This document shows, piece by piece, positions 11,000 through 21,200 of a DNA stretch of 64,000 bases. Below the pieces are notes generated by a model. That model searched no databases. It had not been told where the DNA came from and was given only the letters and a program-made list of their open reading frames with translations. The DNA comes from Octopus vulgaris (taxonomy: Eukaryota): the NCBI GenBank assembly GCA_951406725.2, contig OX597815.1:157604001-157668000 (forward strand). Reading direction: 5' to 3'. The position numbers and the translations under genes are program-made. Position 1 is the stretch's first letter. Every line of letters starts with the position of its first letter.

Positions 11000-13900
11000 C
11001 TGAAAAAAAAAAAAAAAAATCCACACCAACATAAGAATTCTAGTATAGTTATTATTATTATTATTATTATTCAGTAGTTTTATTTTTATAACGTGCTTTC
11101 ACTTCACTACCGAGTGCAGCTCTGTGTGCCTTGGGTATGTGCTGTGATGCTCTTATGGTTACTGTATTGAAAGTGTTTTGCATAGGATGTGTGCAGTGCC
11201 CGGTAGTGCAATTTTCTGTATGTTGTATATATTTGTTAAGTCCAGGTGTTTTTGTTATGTATTTGTCTGAATACTTTTTAATCATACCTAATGTGCCCAC
11301 TATGATAGTAATTGTTTGTTTTTAGATTCCACATTCGAGTAACCTCTATTTCCAAGTCTTTGTATTTTGAAAGTTTCTCCATTTCTTTTAGAGAAACATT
11401 GTCATCTGTTGGTATTGATACATCAATTAGAAAGCATCATTATTATTATTATTGAGTGAGAGAGCAGTGTGTGCCATCAAAGTGACACTTGGATATAAAT
11501 ATACGAAACCCAGTATACCCATCATGACTACTTGTCTGATAAGGGTACACCAGGCACATGCATCACAACCATATGTGCATGACATGGTGATCTCATATCA
11601 GGATAAACAGCACATGACCTTGCAGGTGGGGCCCAGTTAGAATTTTCTTCTGGTCGAGTAACCCATCCCACTCAAAAGGTCTCTGAATAAGGGTTGTTTA
11701 AGGATGTTAAACAAAACACCCATGTTTCCAGAGGTGAATTATCCAAACCTCAAAGAATCCCTCTCAACACATGGCTATGATGTTCCCCCACTACTTCTGC
11801 TCGTGATCAGAGATGCACATATCATCAGCCACTAAGGGACATGCTCAACTGGTTAAGGTCAAACAACTGAAAGCAAATCTGTGGTATTGAGCAGAATATT
11901 TGCTGCAGCCCATCTTTTATACCAAGACAAAACAATGTACATGATAACACTTCCAATCAGTTAAGATCAGAAGCCACGAGAGCCACTGCATCAGGGCATT
12001 TATTATTATTATTATTAGTTCAAATTCCACCAAGGTCGACTTTATCTTTCATCTTTTTGGGGGTCAATAAATCTTGTACCAGTCGAGTACTGGAGTTGAT
12101 GTAATCGATTTACGGCTTCCCCTAGAATTTCAGGCCTTGTGCTTTTAGTAGAAAGGATTATTATTATCTGTTAAAAATCATTTATGGTCCTGTTAGAAGG
12201 CAAGCAGATAGAATTGTTAACAAGCCAGGCAAAATGCTTAGCAGCACTTTGTCCATCTTTATGCTCTGAGTTCAAATTCCACCAAGGTTGATTTTGTCTT
12301 TCATCCTTTCAGGGTCAATAAATTAAGTACCAGTCAATTACTGGGGTCAATGTAGTCGACTTAACCCCCACCTCCATAATTTTAGGGATGTGCCTATAGT
12401 AGAAAGGATTATTATTATTATACATATTTCTATATCTAAGATGAGTCACAGCAAGAATAATTCAAAACTACTAGACTATTTTTCTTGATATTGTGTCCAA
12501 TCACTCTCGTTTTTTGATGACCCATGGAATAAAGGAATCTCAAACATGAAGAACAGTTAAGACATGATAACAAGAAGAGCATCTGACCATGGAATCCTGT
12601 CTCAATTCTCAATAACAATCCATCCTAGTATGGAAAAAAATATATGAATGAATATTTTTATTGATCTTTTCACCAAACAATAGAAATAAAATGGCGAAGT
12701 GTGATAATAAACAATTTTTTTTTCAAAACCAATACAGGTGCTTTACCAGTTTGACATGGGTTCCAGTTGATCCAATCAACAAAACATGCTGCTCGTGAAA
12801 TTAACATGCAAGTGGCTGAGCACTCTACAGACATGCATACACTTAACATAGCTCTCAGGGAGATTCAGAGTGACACAGAATGTAGTTCCTGAATTACAGG
12901 TACTACTCATTTTTATCAGCTGAATGGACTGGAGCAATGTGAAATAAGGTGTCTTGCTCAAGGACACAACCTTGAATTGACCTTATAATCATGAGCCAAA
13001 CACCCAAACAACAAGGCTACGTACCTTCGTTATTTGATAAATAGATAACTCGTGAAAATACTCTCTACAAGCGTCAGAGATCATAGGCCACCATGCCAAA
13101 GTCAGAAAATTTTCATGACATTTTCCTCAAGAAAAAATACGATAATGGTTACCAGTTGTCTTCTGCCGGTTTATTTGTATTTCACTATGTTAGTCTCTTA
13201 TTCTCTCAACCTTACTTTCGATGTACTGGGCTTTATTTAACCATTAGAAAGCGGAGCTGGTCCCCTTGACACCAGAGATACCGGTAGGCCTATGTGACAT
13301 GTCTAGGGACTAACCTTCCTCCGAGACAAGTAACCTTAACCCCAGGACTATTCCCTCTCCCACGTAACAAGGGCCCATGGCTGGTATTACTACCCTAAGT
13401 CAGAGTGAACCTGGGAGTAGTGGTGACCCATGGTAAATTCCATACACCTCAAAATTCCTGAACACCCGAGCTGTAATCTCACCATCAGATGCAGTTACAT
13501 GTTTTGTCCAGAATATCTTAAACCTCCAAATCATCTTAAGTACCCTACACACACATTTTTAGAAGGTTGTTTGATATGGCAGGTCAGAAAGCAACCATTG
13601 GTTTCGCACCTATAAAGCTAAGAGCTTTGTATGCAACTCATCAGACTTTAATGTTTTAGAATGTGCTTCTTTTTCTGATATATGAACAACTGACTGGATG
13701 GATGGATGGATGTTTCTTCATTAGCCACACAGGGCTGAACACGGAGGGGACAAAATACAAAGTAGAGCTTTTCTTTTTGGGGAGAGGAGAGAAAAAAAAG
13801 GTAGCGGCGTAGGTAGATAGATAGATAGAGAGAGAGATAGACAGACAAACGGACGGACATACATACTTTTACAAGCTGGAATTCAACACAAATGTTGGTT

Positions 13901-14862
13901 CAATGTTATTAAAATGTAGGTCTGCGGTCAAGTGATTACGAGTATTGAAGTTTCGTACCAGAAGTAAAAGTCTTCAGTTCAAGCCTTTAAATATTGATTT
14001 CTAATTTTAGGCACAAACCCAGCAATTTCCCGAGGAGAGAGTAAATCTGTTATATCGATCCCAGTGCTCAAGTGGTACTTATTCTATCGACACCGAAAGG
14101 ATGAAAAGTACAGTCGACCTCGGCTGAGCTCAGAACGAAATGCCGCTAAGCATCTTATATAATAATAATAATAATAATGAAATTATTGTATACAGTGCAA
14201 CGTGCTAACGATTCTGATAGCTCGCCGCCTTTAAAACTTTAAATATTGATGATCTAAAGATGATCAATCAAATTCTGTAGGAAATAGAAACAAACATTAA
14301 AGATGAATGCATATCCGAGATGAGTTATTGATATTATTACCATTTTTCGGAGAGAGAGAGAGAGAGAGTTAAAGTTTACTAACCAATCTGTTACAAAGAA
14401 GTTCAAAGTAGTGGCGGTCTTTATGAATATTGCAAGTTAAAAAACATTAATTTTTACTGATATTGCACTGAATTCTTTTTTCTAAAAAGTTATGAGCATT
14501 AAAAAATAAGAATTTTTACTCATACTTAGATGAGAAACTTGAAATTTAAATATATTAACTGAAAGACTAGGTTTATCAAAAGTGCTTGATAGTTAACGAT
14601 ACTATATCAAACTACAATTCTTATACTGAGTAAAATATGAATAATGAAGAATTTAATAAAGCCTAAAACGGGTTTAATGAAAAAAATATCCTTGTTATGT
14701 AACCTTACCGAAAGGGACAGCCGGGTTTTCTTTTGTTTTTCTGATAAGTTTTTCTTTTAAACCCTCTTCATATTTACCAAAAACTAATTCTTTTGGAGGT
14801 GGTAAATAAGCAAATTCCGGAACATCCATTTTCTCTATCTTTTTGGGAACATCGGAGGACAT
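10833..14862 (-). CDS. HIGD2A: HIG1 domain family member 2A-like (mitochondrial complex IV assembly factor), 2 exons, 106 aa
   Basis: Exons 14862-14709 and 10999-10833, phase-1 GT-AG intron; MSSDVPKK...KEKLIRKTKENPAVPFG|LALTTFALSYGIWQMRTGNQRRSQMMMRLRIMGQGFTVVAILAGV..., containing the HIG1 (Q)xxxRxRxxxQ motif. Confidence 0.93.
11071..11437 (-). mobile_element. 3' fragment of a restriction-like-endonuclease LINE (R4/Dong-like) in a (TAA)n tract
   Basis: CFLIDVSIPTDDNVSLKEMEKLSKYKDLEIEVTRMWNLKT..IIVGTLGMIKK is a REL domain C-terminus; (TAA)n on both sides. Confidence 0.8.
11454..11999. repeat. Unclassified segment bounded by (TTA)n tracts, probable retroelement fragment
   Basis: More GC-rich block with TTA runs at both ends, adjacent to the REL LINE fragment; family not recognised. 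Confidence 0.4.
12016..12420 (+). mobile_element. Two tandem partial copies of the GCCTTTCATCC-core SINE family
   Basis: GTTCAAATTCC..GGTCGACTTT..CTTTCATCC..GGTCAATAAA..GTACCAG core; (TTA)n tails. Confidence 0.75.
12745..13025 (-). mobile_element. Diverged tRNA-SINE of the 46038-46414 family
   Basis: Shares GCTCGTGAAATTAACxTGxAAGTGGCTGAGCACT with 46.1 kb. Confidence 0.65.
13241..13649 (-). mobile_element. ~400-bp non-coding element headed by a hammerhead ribozyme (retrozyme/SINE-like)
   Basis: GC-richer block with a 5' hammerhead and an internal ACTGCATCTGATGGTGAG..CTACTCCCAGGTTCACTCTGAC segment; no convincing ORF. Confidence 0.5.
13588..13649 (-). ncRNA. Type I hammerhead ribozyme candidate
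   Basis: AAAGU-CUGAUGA-[GUUGCAUACAAAGCU cuu AGCUUUAUAGGUGC]-GAAA-CC aau GG-UU^GCUUU: both core boxes plus stems I, II and III. Confidence 0.7.
13990..14232 (-). mobile_element. SINE interrupted by a 38-bp CR1 3' terminus (14161-14198)
   Basis: SINE core on the minus strand; the insert is the reverse complement of the CR1 tail at ~35790-35826. Confidence 0.65.
14709..14862 (-). CDS. HIGD2A: HIGD2A exon 1
   Basis: ATG at 14862; MSSDVPKKIEKMDVPEFAYLPPPKELVFGKYEEGLKEKLIRKTKENPAVPF; G|GTAAG donor. Confidence 0.9.
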
Positions 14863-15139
14863 GATTACGGACGAAATGTCTTCAATAGTTTCCGTAGTCA
14901 CCGGTTTGCGTTGAGTACCAACTGTTGCTTGATAATAAAGAGTATTATTACAATTACGTACTTTTGTGTTTTCTTTCTACTTATTTTTATTCATGTCATG
15001 AAAGCTTTAGTATTAAATTTATTTATAAATCAAAATTATCGGCAATGCTCGTATAAAGTAATATGTTGTAAATAATAACCGGAATTATTTTTAGAAGTGG
15101 TAGTTCACCGCTTTTCTCATTTCATGTGGTAGTCACATA
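14863..15139. promoter_or_regulatory. Bidirectional promoter and 5' UTRs shared by HIGD2A and DDX56
   Basis: 277 bp between divergent ATGs; repeat-free; CCGGAA (ETS-like) at 15079-15084. Confidence 0.75.
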
Positions 15140-15202
15140 ATGGACGACGAAGACTGTGAAGTGCCTTTTCATGCGATGGGACTGGACGATAGAGTTCTTC
15201 AG
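15140..15202 (+). CDS. DDX56: DDX56 exon 1
   Basis: [21 protein letters not shown]. Confidence 0.9.
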
Positions 15203-18200
15203 GTATAAATCTATTAAGTTTTGTCTGTTTATAGATATAATTACAATAAATGTAAATTATCTACTTGATTTTTAAATTTAATGTCAGTGTTAAACTTTAG
15301 TAATATTTTCTCATTTGTTGATGACACGTGGTTATAACTAAGACAAATAACTACATTTCTCAGATTGTATTCAATCGTCTTTAAACAATGGAAGCATATT
15401 TTGGACAGTATAGCCAAAATACAATTTGTCATAAAAAAAAAATCTTGACTGTGTGTAATTATAAATGCTTGTTTAATGAATCGTAAAATATTTGCTTCAC
15501 TATCAGCATATGATCAGGACAAGCATGATATTGTCGTTAAATATCAGTTGGAAAAAATGAATTTGTTCTTGTTTCTAATGAAAGATTCGATCTTTTAATT
15601 CAATCATCATCATCATCTTAGTTAAACTGTTCATTTTTCTCAAATTGCATGGATTTGGATATTATTTCTTAAGTTCCTTGGGTCACAGGTATTCAAATCT
15701 TGAGCATCCCATTTTCTTCAGGTGTATTGTACGTATACAACACTGTGTTAAACTTTTAAAATGATAGGAGTGTAACACGAAAGATTTTGGCTGCTAGTTC
15801 TTGAGCAACAACACATGCTTCATTGATTTGTGATCTGTGTGTATACTAACAACATCATATCTTTAAGATCTAATCTTATAATTATCCCGATGTTATCTTT
15901 TCCTCAGTTACAATCCACTGTCAGCCTAAGACACTTTGTCACCAACTCCTTAATCCCATTGTCGCTGCGTTTCTTTTACACAGCTAATTCCTTCCAAACT
16001 CTGCCACTTCATGTTTTCTCTACTTTTTGTACAAGTTTAACAATGGAAATGCAACGATATGCAACCAGTCATTTTCTTTAGCCCCTACAGATTTCCAGCA
16101 TTTAGGGCCCACATTTTGGTACTATACAACTTCACATTTATTTTTACCTTTTTTTTCATACAGTCTGCCTTTTGTACACCACAGAGAAATACTTTATAGC
16201 TAGTGGAAGTAACAGGTTCTTGTTTGGGCCAGGATCGTCTCTGAATGAGCTGACCACAGCTTAAACAAATGTGTTATAGCTGTGATCATTTTGTCTTTTA
16301 GTATATGTAGAGCTATATTGTCAATGTGCCCTTTTGAAGATATGATTTGAGGGAGATTTGGTTATTATCTCTACCTGGTTGAAAAGCTACATGAGGTTCT
16401 ATCATCCACCAGCTTGAATTTCCTGGTTGAACATAGTTATTCTTTTCCTGTGTATCAAAGCCTTTCTCCATAAGGTACTGATATTTTGGGTTCTTGCTCT
16501 CTCTCTCTCTCCATACTGTAGCACTTTATTGCCATGTTGGCCTTTCAGCTTTTGACCAATAAACAGTTTTTCCATGTTTGGAACTTTTTTATGCTAAGAG
16601 AATAGCACCCTCATATTTGAACTGTTCTCATACCTTGTTCTTTCACCATCCATCAGACTACAGAGTGAGAAAGTTTTTCAGGAATCTTTTATAGACTGAC
16701 GAAGTACAGTTGTTTGTTCTCCATTAAGAACTTTTCTTGCTGATGTCTCAGCAGAAACATGACGTACATTGTTGCACATCCTGACACAAAATCAAATTGC
16801 ATTCTATCCAAATTGACTTTATGACTTTATCTTAAAGTAACTTAGTTTGGTGACGTTTTCAACCACTTTCATGAATTTGAGAAAATTGCCTTTGCAGTTA
16901 CTTCTGTTCTACATCTTTGAACTTGTTGAGGACATTATTGTTGAGATGGTGAAAACAATATTGCAGTGCCTGTCATGGAGCATAACTTCTTGTACAACTT
17001 AAATGAATGAGTGACTAGTATGGTACCAACATAGTTTGATGCTTTCATTAATTTCAGTAATTACAACTAATGAGCCTGAAGTTTTCTGTCTTTGTGTCCT
17101 TTATTATCTTATTGATCATGTTTGCACTAACCTCTGTATCTAGCTTTGTTGTTAGTTTAGTAGATTTTTGCTATTTCAATTCATCATCATCATCATTTAA
17201 CATCTGTTTTCCATCCTGGCATGGGTTGGATGGTTTGAATGGAGCTGCCCAGGTTCCATGTCTGTTTTGGCATGGTTTCTATGGCGGAATGCCCTTTGTC
17301 ACACCAACCACTTTACAGAGTGTACTGGGTGCTTTTATACAACACTAACACAGGTGCTTTTACATGGTGCCTACACCTATGAGTCCACAAGATTAGGATT
17401 GCTCAGCTGAAGAGGGACGAAGGGGATGTGCCTGATTGCAAGGACGATCATGATTTTACTTGGTTTGATGTCTCTTCTCAAGCATAGCAAACCACCAGAA
17501 GTCTCAGTCCCTTGCCATACCCTCTGTGAGGCCCAATTACATTCATCAAATTATAATTTGTCATTGTAATACTTCCACATCTCTGACAGTTAAAGCAAGT
17601 GTATCAGACTCAGTTCCAGCACTTCTCACAAACAACGTTCTAAATTCTTGCATAATAATTTCTTTGACTTTATATTTTTAGTCCATTGCAAACCTTGGCT
17701 GGTCAAATCCAACCCTGATCCAGGAAAAAGCTATCCCACTAGCTTTAGAAGGAAAAGATATTTTAATCCAGGCTAAAACTGGATCTGGAAAAACTGCTGC
17801 TTTTGCAATCCCTATCATTCAGAAGATTTTATTGTCAAAACAAGTAAGTTGTTTTCGTTTTCAAACTAGTTGTATCCTTTTGTTTCTGTTAAAGTCCACT
17901 GTTTTTTTATCCAAGTACTTTTGAAAGTAATGAAGAATTTAGTGAAATAACTGTCATTATTAAGCCGATGTTTGGAATATAAATGAATATGAAATTTTGA
18001 TGGTTTTAATTTAGGTAATTTTAAAATTTTAATTTTGCATCATAGAACTAGGGGCAGCTTCTGACAGATTAGTATCAAAGGGTTAAAAGAGCAAGTTGTT
18101 CATGCTCTAATGTACCAATTTTCACTGAGATGGAGAGAACTATCATTAATGAATATTGTCTTGGGCATAAAATCTATGTAATACCAGTGACAGGATTTGA

Positions 18201-21200
18201 ACCAATAACCTTTTGGTTGATTGCCTAGTACCATTTAGCTTTATCCATCTTGTTTGTTCATTTTAATGTCTGATTTTCAATACTAGCTTGTGTTAGGTAA
18301 ATATATTCACCAACTATTCCATGAGTGTAATGAATGTTTTTTACGTGCCACCAGCATGGGTGCCTGTTATGTGACACTGGCATCGGCCATAACTATGGTT
18401 TCACTTGGCTTGACTAGTCTTCTTAAGCACAGCATATCACCAAAGGTCTTGGTCACTTGTCATTGCCTCTAAGGCCCAATGTTCGAAGACAGCAAGTCAG
18501 TCACCCATTTTGGAGAAGTGCAGTTCTCAACACACACACATGCATACACAAGCCATAAGCTTTTTCAGTTTACATCCAAAAAAATGCACTTTCAAGGTAT
18601 TGGTCAACCCAGGGTTATAGTAGAAGGCATTAAGGTACTTCACAGTGGGACTGAACTTAGAACTATGTAGTTGGGAAGAAACTTCATGATCACACAGCCA
18701 TGCCTGCACATTGAAGTATTTGGATTTTAATTATAGTGTTTAGATCAGTGGCTCTCAATCTTTTTTCATTTATGTACCCCTTTGATTACTATTCCATTAT
18801 AGTGAGCCCCTGTAGTCATTCCATATTTCATCATCATCATCGTTTAACGTCCGCTTTCCATGCTAGCATGGGTTGGACAATTTGACTGAGGACTGGCGAA
18901 CCAGATGGCTGCACAAGGCTACAATCGAAATCTGGCAGAGTTTCTACAGCTGGATGCCTTTCCTAACGCCAACCACTCCGAGAGTGTAGTGGGGGGCTTT
19001 TATGTGCCACTGGCACGAGGGCCAGTCAGGCGGTACTGGCAACAGCCATACTCAAATGGTGTTTTTTACGTGCCACCTGCACAGGAGCCAGTCCAGCGAC
19101 ACTGGCAAAGACCTAGCTCAAATGTTTTTCATATGCCACCAGCACAAGTACCAGTAAGGTGACACTGGTAATGATCACGCTCAAATAGTGCTTTTTCTGT
19201 GCCACCAGCATGGACGCCAGTTAGCTGCTTTGGCAACGAATACTAGTTTTATAGATACTTCTTTCAAAATTTCTATTTTGTCTTCCATAGATCAACTCGT
19301 GCAGGTTGAACTATGTAAAATGTTTAAAAAAGAAATTTAACTGTTTCTCACAATAAATACATCTAGTGAATGCCAGATACAAATACAAATAAAATTACTG
19401 TTAGCTTGTTAAAAAAAAAATTTGTTTGATATTTTTTTTTTTATTCTTTAGTCAGCCGTTGAGCAGTCAGTGAGAGCCATAGTTGTTACACCATCTAAAC
19501 AGCTCTGTGTACAAGCCTGTAAAGTTATAAAGGTGAGTGATACTTAACCATTTTTATATTTTACTCTTTCCTTCATTTTTTTCTCTCATACTATTTATAT
19601 CTTCACTGCCATGCTGCTCACATTTTTGTGATTTCTCATACTTCCTACCTAAAACTGCAGTCATCTAATTTCATCAAACTTTTTTTCTATTAAATCTCTT
19701 GCAGGCTAATGAGACTGTCTCATTGGTTGCTCAGTCGGCTAGAAATAGTAGCTAAATATCCCTCATATTACACATGACCAGCTACCATAATCATCATTGT
19801 CACATTATTTGTCGGGTCTTTGCAGTCACAACATATCTCCAGAGGTCTCGGTATTCCGTCATTACCTCTGTGAGACCCAACGTTCGAAAGTCATGCTTGA
19901 CCACCTCATCCCATGTCTTCCTGGGTCTACCTCTACCCCGGATTCCTTCAACTGTTTGGGAGTGGCACTTCTTCACATATCTCTCCTCATCAATCTGTAG
20001 TACATGACCATACCAGTGCAGACGTCTCTCTTGCACGCCACATCCAATCCTTCTTATGTCCAGCATTTCTCTCAGAGCACTTACACTCTGCCGTGTATGC
20101 ACACTGACATTACACATTCAGCGGATCATGCTAGCCTCATTTCTTTCAAGCCTACGCATGTCCTCTGCAGTCACAACTGTGAAGCATGGCAGTTCGCACA
20201 CATGTGTCGTGCAATCTACCTTTCACTCTGAGTGAGAGACCCTTTGTCACCAGTAGGGGTAGGAGCTTTCTGAACTTTGCCCAGGCTATTCTTATCCTAG
20301 TGGTAACACTCTCTGAGCATCCACCCCCACTACTAACTTGGTCACCTAGGTAGCGGAAACTATCAACTACTTCTAGTTTCTCCCCCAGGATTGTAATGGA
20401 ATCTGTTTTCTGAGTATCAGTGGTGTCATATATATATATTTATATGTATGTATGTCTGTATTGAGTAGAATGCCAAGACATAATTGTTTCTCCCTTTCAA
20501 CAACACCTTACCATTTTTTCCTGATACTCTTCACAGGAACTCAGTTATTGTTGTACCACAGAAATCCAATGTGTTGATATCAGCCCTAAAGAACCTCTTC
20601 CTGTTCAAAAGTAAGTTTTTTTTTCTTATTTTATAAATAAATGTATTTAATTTTTTGCATTTTTAATTATTTACTTTTTCTTGATATTCAGTTTCATCCC
20701 ACCAATTAATGTTATAGATCATTATCATGTTCATGGGTTTTCTTTTACATTTGTATACAGCCACAAAATTTATAAGGGAGAAGTCTAGTAAATTAAATTG
20801 GCCCCAGGATATTACAAATATTTATTCTAGTAACATGGAGGTATAATAATAATAATGATGATGATGATGATGATGATAATCCTTTCTACAAGAGGTACAA
20901 GGCTTGAAATTTTGAGGGAGGGGGGCTAGTCAATTACATAGATCCCAGTGCTTGACTATTACTTAATTTGTCAACCTGAAAGAATAAAAGCAAAGTCAAC
21001 TTCGGTGGAATTAGAACTCAGAATGTACAGTCAGAAGTAATGCAACTAAGTATTTTGTCTGGCATGCAAATGATTCTGTCAGCTTGCCATAATAATAAAA
21101 ATGCATGCTTAAAAGGGATAATTTTTCATCAAGTTCTAACAAGGAACATGATGATTCTTTGAGTAAGAATTAGTTTCGAGTGCTAGCATTAAAAAGACAT

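Noticed and set aside
14863-14901. N-terminal extension of HIGD2A from the ORF track
   Set aside because: It starts at GTG with no upstream in-frame ATG; the ATG at 14862 gives the 106-aa size expected for the family.
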